A stretch of DNA of 30,410 bases from an uncultured virus (IMG/VR IMGVR_UViG_3300006467_000276) (IMGVR_UViG_3300006467_000276), one strand, 5' to 3'. Counted from the first letter of the stretch, positions 8,001 through 16,355 are shown. Numbers and translations are program-made. Notes: a model not told the origin generated them from the letters alone.

Positions 8001-9258
8001 ACTCCTTTCCGCACAATGGACAGAACCCTTTCAGAGCAGCCGCCTCTTTTCTTGCCTGTGCAAACTTCTTGCTTACCAATTCAAGGCTACTCTGAGCCTC
8101 CTGTATTCGCTGAACTTGCCGTTCCAGAGAAGTACACTCAAACCGTATATCTTCGACTGATTTCTTTAGATCGTGCAAACCTTTCAGGTCAGGCACTTGC
8201 CTACTCGCAGCTTTCTGAGCCCCACCGACCTGACCGCACAGCAGCATCAACTGATTACATCGTTTCCTAGACTTCCCGGCCTGCCTGGCAGCATCTAGTA
8301 CCCTGTCAGCTGCTGCTGCTACCAATGCCGCCTGGTTGCTGCTACGTCCCGCAGACAGGTAGCTGGCAACCACCTGCAACTGATCTTTCCTGCGCAGACA
8401 TAAACGACCAGCGACCACTACTCGATCCACCAATTCGACCTGCCCACTAAGTCGAGATATCAGTGCACCCGAATCTTTTGATCGACGAATAGAGATCTTC
8501 AGTGAATCAATTCTTTGCTGATACTGGAAATGCTGCTTCGCACAATTGATCAGCCCCAGCAAACCTTCGACAGCGCCCTGGCCCTGCTTAACTTTTCTCC
8601 GAGCCTTTCGAATCGATTCAACCAAAATTCCAAGATCAGCTGAACGACTGGCTACGTCTGCGGCTTCTTTTTGCTTTGATTCTACTGCAACCAAAAGGCT
8701 ATCAGCATCCTCCACCCACTTGAGCTCTTCGGCTTCTTTTCGAACTGCGACAAGTCGCTCTTCAGCCAATTCTTCGGCAGTCCTCTCTCGTTTCACTCGA
8801 GATTTCGATGACTGCAGACTGCTATCAATTATCTGGAGATCGACAACCTCATTCAATCTTCGAGAAACTGCGCCTGAAGTCTCTGAAAACCAAAACGGTG
8901 AATCGTGCTGCGCTTGTGTGTTGATCTGATTCAAATTCAACAGATCAGCAACCTTATCCGGTACCGATGCACCGAACGACTTGAGCTTGGACTCTCCGAG
9001 TCGATACTCATTCACTGAAGCCGTTCTTCGTCGAATGATAACTTGCCCATCGACTTCTAACCGAACAACAGCCTCTTTCTCTCCTTCACGAATGAAAGCC
9101 GAACCTTGCGGCTGGTTGCAGCATACCCACTGCAAAGCACGAATGATTGCAGATTTACCAGAGTCCGAAGAACCGACAATCGTAGTCACTTTTTCATCGA
9201 ACTCGACAGTTCGTTTGCTGTGGGCTTGGAAATTCTTCAGTTTGAGTTTCTCAAACAT
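7984..9258 (-). CDS. SbcC/Rad50-like ATPase, N-terminal half ending at the zinc hook
   Basis: LKNFQAH, Walker A GSSDSGKS, Q-loop QAQ, long coiled coil, terminal CPLCG. Confidence 0.88.
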   Translation of the reverse strand: MFEKLKLKNFQAHSKRTVEFDEKVTTIVGSSDSGKSAIIRALQWVCCNQPQGSAFIREGEKEAVVRLEVDGQVIIRRRTASVNEYRLGESKLKSFGASVPDKVADLLNLNQINTQAQHDSPFWFSETSGAVSRRLNEVVDLQIIDSSLQSSKSRVKRERTAEELAEERLVAVRKEAEELKWVEDADSLLVAVESKQKEAADVASRSADLGILVESIRKARRKVKQGQGAVEGLLGLINCAKQHFQYQQRIDSLKISIRRSKDSGALISRLSGQVELVDRVVVAGRLCLRRKDQLQVVASYLSAGRSSNQAALVAAAADRVLDAARQAGKSRKRCNQLMLLCGQVGGAQKAASRQVPDLKGLHDLKKSVEDIRFECTSLERQVQRIQEAQSSLELVSKKFAQARKEAAALKGFCPLCGKEFGGGG

Positions 9259-9261
9259 GTA

Positions 9262-10248
9262 TCAGATTATCCGTTCAAGGAGCTGCAAAAGATAGGCGCG
9301 ATCCAGAGGTTTGCCTTCGGCATTCTCGATTTCCGCTCGATACAAATTCAGCACCTCCTGGAAGTGCGCAGCATCGACTCCAGTCATCTGGTCTTCGAGG
9401 ACGTTGAAATCGGTCAAATCCAAGTCACTAACCTGGAAACACATCTTCAGGTACTGAGCTGCTGTGATTCTCCATCCACGCTGAATGAACTTTCTGGTCC
9501 TGATCAATGAACAGACTGGATATTTACTGCCCTGGTATATCAACTCTCGAGACAACAGGCACTCCAGAGCAGCTGGCTTCAGAACCAACTCCCCATTCCA
9601 TGAAGTCCAGTAGTTGGTGCAATGGGCGAAGTCGTAGTTTTCATGAATCTGATCTGGTTCACCCCAAAATCGGATAACCATCTGGATATCATCACTCAAT
9701 GTGATAGCATTCGAAGACAACCAGATTGGCCGATAGGTCCGCTTCGGTTCTTTGATCTGATCTTCGGATGCACCATCAACCATACCCATCGCTGCATCGA
9801 GGTATTCTTCGGCTGCCTCATCATCAGGAACCGTTTCGAAGTACTCATAATCAGGTGTCTCATTTTCCGTAGCAATCCCAGAACTCCTAACAACCACCTT
9901 CAGTCTTGTCACTCTGGGATCTGTGAGTTCCGTTGGCAGCAATGTCCGGCGAGCCGGTTGTCCGTAATCATCTGCCAGATAACACTCAATCCCTTCCTGA
10001 GAACTCGGACGATTAGCCAGGTACTGCTTCACGTAGTAATCAGCCACCGCAAAAGCTGAGTCTCGGTCCTTGAAATAGACATCATAGTCATTGACCTTCT
10101 CTCCGAGAAGCATCGAAGCAATGCTGCCGCCTGTGACTATCGCAGACTGCAGAACCACATCCCGAACAGACGGATCCTCAATCGTCTCAGCCCATGATCG
10201 AATTTTTCGGCGGAGCACAGACTTAATCGTCTTGGCTTTCATCGACAC
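9262..10248 (-). CDS. Pol-beta-superfamily nucleotidyltransferase-like phage protein
   Basis: VTGGSIAS...NDYDVYF (GG...DxD), YDF, and YPVCSLIRTRKFIQRGW, reminiscent of CCA/poly(A) polymerase head and neck. Confidence 0.7.
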   Translation of the reverse strand: MSMKAKTIKSVLRRKIRSWAETIEDPSVRDVVLQSAIVTGGSIASMLLGEKVNDYDVYFKDRDSAFAVADYYVKQYLANRPSSQEGIECYLADDYGQPARRTLLPTELTDPRVTRLKVVVRSSGIATENETPDYEYFETVPDDEAAEEYLDAAMGMVDGASEDQIKEPKRTYRPIWLSSNAITLSDDIQMVIRFWGEPDQIHENYDFAHCTNYWTSWNGELVLKPAALECLLSRELIYQGSKYPVCSLIRTRKFIQRGWRITAAQYLKMCFQVSDLDLTDFNVLEDQMTGVDAAHFQEVLNLYRAEIENAEGKPLDRAYLLQLLERII

Positions 10249-10888
10249 TCATCTCCACAGGTAATTTGTAGATCGCATCAATTGACGCTGGACACGGCTG
10301 CCAACTATACGGTTCGAGATTGATCTTCGACGGCCAAACATACGGCGTCGAACCTCGATCAGTAGGTACTGCGGGCTTTTCTAGCCACCCAAATTGCCCG
10401 TAATGTGTTTCGTGGAGCTTCGGCTTCCCGAATCTCGTCCAGAATTTTTCGTAATCAGAAGGAAGCCACTGAGACTTCTTACTCGGAAAGTCTAGTTTGT
10501 CCTCAAGAGAGAGATTTCGAAAACGACAAAACGTCTCATCCTCGAGACCTTTCCTCAAGAGAACAGAACGATGAGAAGCATGGTACGGTTCGTATCCCAA
10601 CCAAGCAGGAACCTTAGACGTGCCCCAGCGAAATTGGGCAATCTGAGGCAGACAACCGTCCCGGTAGTCTTTGCTTATCCAGCACTGGCAGATAGCAATT
10701 CCGTATCGAACAAGAGTTCGACTGCACCCGATCCACTGCTGAGCTGCTGGATGGCTGTACCACGAGCCCGTCCCAGCCCGAATCGTTTGGAGCAACTGAA
10801 GCACTTCTACTCTCTGCTTACCAAGTCTCCTATTATCGAGACACGCGGCAGACTCATGGAAATCAGCGTAGGGTAGAAAAGTTTGCAT
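10223..10888 (-). CDS. pyrimidine-dimer DNA glycosylase/EndoV-like (MSMEG_6728-type) protein
   Basis: MQTFLPY...LDNRRLGKQRVE...HPAAQQW...HASHRSVLLRK...PYVWP; start placed at the family-typical MQTFLP (10888). Confidence 0.85.
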   Translation of the reverse strand: MQTFLPYADFHESAACLDNRRLGKQRVEVLQLLQTIRAGTGSWYSHPAAQQWIGCSRTLVRYGIAICQCWISKDYRDGCLPQIAQFRWGTSKVPAWLGYEPYHASHRSVLLRKGLEDETFCRFRNLSLEDKLDFPSKKSQWLPSDYEKFWTRFGKPKLHETHYGQFGWLEKPAVPTDRGSTPYVWPSKINLEPYSWQPCPASIDAIYKLPVEMSVDESQDD

Positions 10889-10928
10889 AGTTCTGATTAC
10901 GTCAACGATGGAACTATCCGTACCAAAA

Positions 10929-11144
10929 TCAAAAATCTTTGGCGCACTTATCTTCGTAATCTCGGCACTCATTGTAGGCTCTCTGCGCTTTCTTATCGAG
11001 AACCCCAGCAATGAACTCAATCTCCTCATCGCTTGACCCGTGCTCGACTAGACCAGGATCGTGTGTTTTCGCATCCAAGGTTTGCCAAATAATCGACAAA
11101 GCCTCGCGTCTCAACTCTTTCCGTCGCTGCCTAGAAATTGCCAC
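10929..11144 (-). CDS. hypothetical protein, about 71 aa
   Basis: Protein-like part of track ORF 10929..11261 from GTG 11144; the upstream part runs through hairpins. Confidence 0.5.
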   Translation of the reverse strand: MAISRQRRKELRREALSIIWQTLDAKTHDPGLVEHGSSDEEIEFIAGVLDKKAQRAYNECRDYEDKCAKDF

Positions 11145-11166
11145 TGTTGAATCTCTGAAATACGCC

Positions 11167-11209
11167 AAAAATAACGGCAGTCGATCTCTTTCCCTGAAAT
11201 CGACTGCCG
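11167..11209 (-). terminator. rho-independent terminator
   Basis: Minus strand CGGCAGTCGATTTC-AGGGAAA-GAGATCGACTGCCG (14-bp stem, one G-U) followed by TTATTTTT. Confidence 0.75.
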
Positions 11210-11222
11210 CGCAGATTGTGGA

Positions 11223-11298
11223 GGTGCTGCAACAGAGTAACTGACTTAACTGCTGCAGCACCAGTCGGAACCGAGAAGACGTGTCGGTTCCGACTGGT
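11223..11298 (-). other. two overlapping strong hairpins
   Basis: Perfect 15-bp inverted repeat 11260-11274 / 11284-11298; 13-bp stem 11223-11235 / 11250-11262 (G-U on the minus strand); the two share 11260-11262. Confidence 0.75.
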
Positions 11299-11695
11299 AT
11301 TTGGGCGGGCCTCGTGCTCGACTTTCAATCCTATCAGTGAAAAAGAAAAACCGAACACAACTGCGCATCATTCGGGAGGCAGGCACTATGCACAATCTCC
11401 GGAACTCTTGAAGACTTAGCAAATACGCCGCCCACTTTCTGGCTTTTCGATCTTCCTCTTGCTGCCAAACCGCCATCGCTTCTGCAAATTCGGCAGCTCT
11501 ACTCTCCGCATCAGCCGCCGCCGCCGCCAACTGATGCCACTGCAGACTGAACTCCATCTTCGAACAATCCGAACAATCCGCAACTACCACAGCACTCGTA
11601 TGCAGAGATTCGGTCGATTCATCTAAACCGCAGACAGCAAATGAGCCTGGCATTTCTCGACGACCGCCTTTGCCTGAAAACGAAGATTGCATCAA
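11246..11695 (-). CDS. hypothetical protein with CxxC and a near-C-terminal RARGPP motif
   Basis: Longest ORF filling the gap after ruvC; helical Ala/Glu-rich core; start uncertain. Confidence 0.45.
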   Translation of the reverse strand: MMQSSFSGKGGRREMPGSFAVCGLDESTESLHTSAVVVADCSDCSKMEFSLQWHQLAAAAADAESRAAEFAEAMAVWQQEEDRKARKWAAYLLSLQEFRRLCIVPASRMMRSCVRFFFFTDRIESRARGPPKYQSEPTRLLGSDWCCSS

Positions 11696-11745
11696 CCCGC
11701 CTCTGCTGATTCCAACAAAATCAAATCTCCCAGCTCGTTGTACGT

Positions 11746-12204
11746 CTACTCAGCAGTCTCCAAAGCCCATCTCAGCAGACAAAGTGCATCTGCTTGGTCA
11801 TCTGTTTTGATTTCTTGGTGCGGCCAGAACTTCTTAGCAGCTAGCACCATCTCGTCTTTAGATGCTCGCCCATTACCAACAGCAAACTTTTTCAGAGAAG
11901 TAGGTGCTGTCTCTACAATAGGGATGCTGCCATTTTGAGCAGCTACCAAATGCACGATCCCGCGTAACGCTGGCAGCACCTCATTCGCCGCACCACGCTT
12001 ACCGCCTGCGGCTCGCTCAACCGCAATTACGTCAACACCATGGGCGCCGTGAATCGTCAGCGTCAGCCACCGATACAGAGCAAGCAACCGCAAGCCATCT
12101 GTCTTAGCTTTTAGATTCTTCATACCGGAATGAAGAGACCGACCGGTCCAAAAGGCCCAGCCGGTCTTGGTGGCTAAATCTAAGGCAAGGACCCGTCGAT
12201 TCAT
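11746..12204 (-). CDS. ruvC: RuvC-like Holliday junction resolvase
   Basis: VLALDLATKTGWA, VE, PTSLKKFAVGNGRASKDEM, DDQADAL. Confidence 0.9.
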   Translation of the reverse strand: MNRRVLALDLATKTGWAFWTGRSLHSGMKNLKAKTDGLRLLALYRWLTLTIHGAHGVDVIAVERAAGGKRGAANEVLPALRGIVHLVAAQNGSIPIVETAPTSLKKFAVGNGRASKDEMVLAAKKFWPHQEIKTDDQADALCLLRWALETAE

Positions 12205-12452
12205 AGAGTCGAGGTCCTTTGAACTGATGCCAGTTCAGGAACTCGATGAGTCGGGAATTCTGATCTGATTTCAGTGAACAGTTTTCGCAGCGAATCAGAA
12301 GCTGCCTTGACACGTTCCACTGAAGCACCGGTCTCGCATCCTGCCAAGTCTAGTCCAGTGATCAATTGATCAAAATCACTGGCTGCCCCGACAAGATGGT
12401 CAAGTCCTGATCGAAGAAGAGCTTTGTTTTGCGTTGCAACAGTCACCGGCAT
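12201..12452 (-). CDS. hypothetical protein, 83 aa
   Basis: ATG 12452 with AAGGAG SD; ATGA overlap with ruvC. Confidence 0.65.
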   Translation of the reverse strand: MPVTVATQNKALLRSGLDHLVGAASDFDQLITGLDLAGCETGASVERVKAASDSLRKLFTEIRSEFPTHRVPELASVQRTSTL

Positions 12453-12459
12453 TCTCCTT

Positions 12460-13320
12460 TCAGATATCGAATCCTCGAACTCGATCCCCTTTCTGGCTAG
12501 ACCTGAAACTCCGAGTGGTAATCCCCAATTCCCCAAGAACACGATTCACTTTCTGGGGAGTTACTTCATCGTCCTTAAAGTCTGCTGGGCAGTTTAATCC
12601 AGGAAACGGAAGAGTCACAAGTGGTAAATTCCGATTGAATACCGATAAATTGGAGGATATCGCCTTGTATGCCTTCGTCGTCTCTTTGAGTTCGTTCTTC
12701 AGCCACTTAATGGCTGTTTTCTCTCCGATGCCTTCAACACCTTCGACATTGTCTGATTTGCACCCAGCCCACGCCTTAACGTGAGCCCACTGCTGAGGCG
12801 AAATCCTCCACTCTCTTTTGAAAGATTCTGCAGTCACCGCCTTCTTCGATCTTGGGCTGTACCAGCTGACATTCTCTCTCAAGCACTGCCAAAGATCATT
12901 ATCACCCGTCACAATTACTGCAGAATCCTTAAGAGGAATCTCTTCAGCAACAGCAGCAAGAATGTCATCAGCCTCAAAACCCCGCCGCCGAAAAATATTT
13001 CGGTATCCCATTTCAGGTAAGACATTCCGTCCTAGATCTCGAACTTCTCCGTAGAAGCTTTTCAGTTCCTCCTCCTCTTCTTCTGTCAAATCTTTATTTC
13101 GATGCGCCTTGTAATCCGGAACCAGCTCTCTTCGGTGTCCACCTCCTCCTGCATCAAAAGCGAATACCGCCCGATCGCAGCCCCAGAGATCCGTGACCAT
13201 ATCGATCGCACGAATCACACCAAAAACGACACCGGTGGGACGGTCATTGTAGACCATTCCACCGGTGGTATGTCGTGCAACATGGCACAAATAGGTTGCA
13301 TCAAGCAGCAGCCACTTCAC
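12460..13320 (-). CDS. 5'-3' exonuclease/flap endonuclease (PolI N-terminal domain/T4 RNase H-like)
   Basis: LLLDA, FAFD, YKAHR, GFEADD, TGDNDLWQ, GCKSDNVEGVEGIGEKTA (HhH); GTG start 13320. Confidence 0.92.
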   Translation of the reverse strand: MKWLLLDATYLCHVARHTTGGMVYNDRPTGVVFGVIRAIDMVTDLWGCDRAVFAFDAGGGGHRRELVPDYKAHRNKDLTEEEEEELKSFYGEVRDLGRNVLPEMGYRNIFRRRGFEADDILAAVAEEIPLKDSAVIVTGDNDLWQCLRENVSWYSPRSKKAVTAESFKREWRISPQQWAHVKAWAGCKSDNVEGVEGIGEKTAIKWLKNELKETTKAYKAISSNLSVFNRNLPLVTLPFPGLNCPADFKDDEVTPQKVNRVLGELGITTRSFRSSQKGDRVRGFDI

Positions 13321-13501
13321 TGAGGTGTTCCTTTTCCTTTTCCTTTTGAATCGCCTCATGCACCTCCAATCGATGCACTGAAATCTCTTTCGGTGCATCA
13401 ATTCCTAAACGAACTTTGTCGCCGCGAATATCAACCACCGTGATGACGATGTTACCGCCAATAACGATCTTTTCATCTCGCAGTCTTGATAGAACCAACA
13501 T
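13301..13501 (-). CDS. csrA: carbon storage regulator CsrA homologue
   Basis: MLVLSR...IVIG...ITVVDIRGDKVRLGIDAPKEISVHRLEV; SD AGGAGG. Confidence 0.95.
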   Translation of the reverse strand: MLVLSRLRDEKIVIGGNIVITVVDIRGDKVRLGIDAPKEISVHRLEVHEAIQKEKEKEHLSEVAAA

Positions 13502-13629
13502 TGTGTGTCCTCCTGTCCTTTCCGTGAATTTGACACAACTATCAATACCAGCTGCTCTCAGCAACTGATCAATCCCTTATTGAGTCTAGCAAAAGAACCA
13601 AAAACCTCCAACCTAAATCTAAGAGCTCC

Positions 13630-13749
13630 GTTTCCGGCAAGGATTCGAACCTTGCAACACGATTCACAGGAGGCCTGGACCCCCTTGCACAAACAACGTG
13701 CATCGCGACGTCGTGATTCGCCTGTGTCTACCCATTCCACCACAGAAAC
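13630..13749 (-). ncRNA. non-canonical tRNA-like RNA (D-arm, T-arm and acceptor stem, enlarged central domain)
   Basis: Minus strand GTTTCTG TG GTGGAATGGGTAGACAC ... GCAAGG TTCGAAT CCTTGC CGGAAAC; about 68 nt between D- and T-arm; no CCA. Confidence 0.65.
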
Positions 13750-13770
13750 GGAACCCCCTCTCGGTTCAAT

Positions 13771-14895
13771 TTACTGGTACCTGGATTTTCTTTCGACTTT
13801 GCAGCCTTCTTCGATCTCGTCAAAAACTTCCTTGACAAGCTGACGCACATCAAATTCCAAATCATTGTCTTCGATGTACTTGATCAATTGATCCGGAGTA
13901 CGTGCCTTGCCGTCGTCCACCAAATCGACCGCCTTGATACGTCCATTCGCAGACGGCCAGCGGTGCTCATCTGCCAAATACTGCACACACGCACCGATAT
14001 CATCGAATCCATGTGAGTAGTAGAATATCAAGTCGAATTCTCTCAACCGACCCGAAGCTCGATTTTTCTTCAACTTGACCTTGACATTTGACCCAATCTG
14101 GCGAGTCTGCTTCTGGACTGTTTTGGTGATCTTCTTACCGACCTGCATCCAGATTTCCAGCGTAGCGTAGAACGTCAACGCATGCCCACCGGATCGAGTC
14201 TTCGGATTGAACATTGCATTCGATCCGATGTTGTCTCGAGTTTGGTTGATAATCACCAGAATACTGCCAGTCGCTCTCAGTTTTCTGAGTATTTGGCGAA
14301 TCCCAGACGCGTTCTTCTTGGCTTTGCCATCGCCATAATCGCCTTTAGCTGCCTTACCGCCTTCGATTGCTTTGACTCGCTCTTCAAACTTCTGGCCTTC
14401 GTACTCAGAAGTCAGAGCATCCATCGAGTCCAGAACGTAGATAATCGGCTTACCAGAATCCAAGAGCCGATGCACATGGTAGTAGAACTCTTCGATGGTC
14501 TCGCTGTAGACTGGATCCCCGTCCTCATCTTCCCGAGGAGGTTTCAATCGATCTACAAGATTTTGACCGAAGTACCTACCGGTATCCATCAAAGCCCCGT
14601 ACTCGACATCATCGTACACGAGATCGTAATCATCGAATACCGGATTGACTGCTGCTTCTGCCAACCAACTGCGTGCCAAAAACGTCTTCCCGGCGCCTGA
14701 ATCTCCAACCAAAAATACATAAGTCCCCGGTGGAATTGCTCCTTCGAGATGTCCTGTGCAGTTCAGATTGAGTAGAGTCGATGCGCCGTTGAGCAGCGTT
14801 TTTCTGTTGATCGGGATCAAATCAGATTCCACAGATCTTTTCCTGGTCAAGAGTTCAAGTGTCTGCGCAGTTGCTGCATCAATTTCATCATCCAT
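13771..14895 (-). CDS. recA: RecA/UvsX-like recombinase
   Basis: Walker A GDSGAGKT, catalytic DVE, Walker B VLDSMDAL, IINQTRDNIG, GGHALTFYA, KKNR; start placed at ATG 14895. Confidence 0.9.
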   Translation of the reverse strand: MDDEIDAATAQTLELLTRKRSVESDLIPINRKTLLNGASTLLNLNCTGHLEGAIPPGTYVFLVGDSGAGKTFLARSWLAEAAVNPVFDDYDLVYDDVEYGALMDTGRYFGQNLVDRLKPPREDEDGDPVYSETIEEFYYHVHRLLDSGKPIIYVLDSMDALTSEYEGQKFEERVKAIEGGKAAKGDYGDGKAKKNASGIRQILRKLRATGSILVIINQTRDNIGSNAMFNPKTRSGGHALTFYATLEIWMQVGKKITKTVQKQTRQIGSNVKVKLKKNRASGRLREFDLIFYYSHGFDDIGACVQYLADEHRWPSANGRIKAVDLVDDGKARTPDQLIKYIEDNDLEFDVRQLVKEVFDEIEEGCKVERKSRYQ

Positions 14896-14908
14896 TTCTA
14901 CCAATCCC

Positions 14909-14946
14909 AAAGAGGCCGGCAGGGCCAGCAACGAACCCCGCCGGCC
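14909..14946 (-). terminator. weak terminator-like hairpin after SSB
   Basis: GGCCGGCGGGG...CCCTGCCGGCC followed by TCTTT. Confidence 0.4.
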
Positions 14947-15010
14947 GGACGGCTGAGCACCGGAGCGCCTGTCCATAGCGACATCCATCTACCAGTGCAT
15001 CAGCCTTGCC

Positions 15011-16186
15011 TTAGTCGAAATCCTTGTCCCAGTCGTCGTCATCAAAATCATCATCAGATGACGGTGCAGCCGGTTCATCATCGGATGGCGATGCATCGTC
15101 TTCATCGTCAAAAGGAAGGTCATCGAGATCTTCCTTCTTTTCCTTTTTCTTTCCGAGCATTTTGACATCACTTGGAGAGATCGCTTTTTCGATGTTGTCG
15201 TCTTCATCAGTGAGAATCAACGATGTGCCGTCTCCACTGATCTTCATGATAGACCAAATCGATCCATCGTACTTGACATCATCACCAACAGCCAAGTCAA
15301 AATCATCAGCCGTCGGAAGCTTCCTTCTCTCCTTCTTTGGTTCTGGTTTCTCTTCAGCTTCGACCTTCTTCGGTCGATCCTTCTTCGGTCGATCCTTCTT
15401 CGGTCGATCCTTCTTCGGTTGCGGAGCATCCGCTTCGTCATTTTCGACTGAATCGTCATCTTCAGCCGGAAGACCAAGAAAGATGCGACGAAGTTCGTCG
15501 TATGACTTCTTCACCAGCAGCTTGTCCAAGCAAATCCCGTGATTGGAGAATTTTGCAGGCAGCGGCTCATCTCTCGGCTCAAAATCGATCGCAGTGACTT
15601 CAGTGAAGCTGGATCCACCGGCGTCTTTTTCGGTGATGGTCAGACGAAGACTGAACCCACTCTCATCTGGATCGTAGAAGAATTCCCAACCCGACTTCTC
15701 GCTGGCATTCTTGACTCGACTATCCAGCAACTCACCGAACAAACGATAACTCACCTCCCACAAGAGAATCTTGTCGGGTTCGGCGTGATCCCGAACCAAG
15801 AACAACTGTCTCTCCTTCGGATTCAGCGCCTTCAGCTCATCGGCTGTGTACTTCGGATCAGACGACTTCTCCTGCTTCCACTCCTGGATGTAATCTCTTT
15901 CGCCGAATGTCTTGGACGGACACACATACGACTTTTCGTCCGGCCCAATTCTTCGGTAAATGAAGAATGTCCTCTCAAAATACTCCATCCCTTCGTCCGC
16001 AAAGGGATTTCCCTTTCCTACCGTATACGGTAGGATGTCGATCGTCTTGACTCCTTCTTTCATTGCAAAGAAGCCATCGATCTCTGAAGGGACTCTCAAC
16101 ACCGTCCCTTCGTGTCCTGATGTCCTTCGCTCTGCTCGGGATCTCGCTGCTGAACGACGACGTTCTCGATCTCGACGATTAGCCAT
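15011..16186 (-). CDS. gp32-like single-stranded DNA-binding protein
   Basis: IDILPY...YVCP..T.GE...GFSL core; very acidic tail ending DDDWDKDFD; position between UvsY-like and RecA; ATG 16186. Confidence 0.75.
   Translation of the reverse strand: MANRRDRERRRSAARSRAERRTSGHEGTVLRVPSEIDGFFAMKEGVKTIDILPYTVGKGNPFADEGMEYFERTFFIYRRIGPDEKSYVCPSKTFGERDYIQEWKQEKSSDPKYTADELKALNPKERQLFLVRDHAEPDKILLWEVSYRLFGELLDSRVKNASEKSGWEFFYDPDESGFSLRLTITEKDAGGSSFTEVTAIDFEPRDEPLPAKFSNHGICLDKLLVKKSYDELRRIFLGLPAEDDDSVENDEADAPQPKKDRPKKDRPKKDRPKKVEAEEKPEPKKERRKLPTADDFDLAVGDDVKYDGSIWSIMKISGDGTSLILTDEDDNIEKAISPSDVKMLGKKKEKKEDLDDLPFDDEDDASPSDDEPAAPSSDDDFDDDDWDKDFD
15364..15419 (-). repeat. 15-bp coding tandem repeat, about 3.7 copies (PKKDR)
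   Basis: CCTTCTTCGGTCGAT repeated on the + strand. Confidence 0.9.
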
Positions 16187-16346
16187 TGATTGAACCTTCT
16201 TTCTTTCGTTTTTCGTAGTAGTCAGCAGCCGCAAGCCACCCAAACCGACCCATCTTCACACACTGGAAGACTAGTACCGGTACAAACAAAAAGATGGCCA
16301 CGGCTGCAGCAGCCACCTGACACGTAATCCAAAAGGAGTCTGACAC
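16179..16346 (-). CDS. 55-aa single-TM membrane protein
   Basis: Hand-translated MSDSFWITCQVAAAAVAIFLFVPVLVFQCVKMGRFGWLAAADYYEKRKKEGSING; AGGAG SD before GTG; overlaps the SSB start. Confidence 0.6.
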   Translation of the reverse strand: MSDSFWITCQVAAAAVAIFLFVPVLVFQCVKMGRFGWLAAADYYEKRKKEGSING

Positions 16347-16355
16347 CCCGAACTC

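Noticed and set aside
13558..13743. 61-aa Cys-rich ORF
   Set aside because: It coincides with the tRNA-like structure and is better explained as RNA
13630..13749. Canonical tRNA with assignable anticodon
   Set aside because: No 5-bp stem with 7-nt anticodon loop, 6-bp T-stem and 120-nt length; reported as tRNA-like instead
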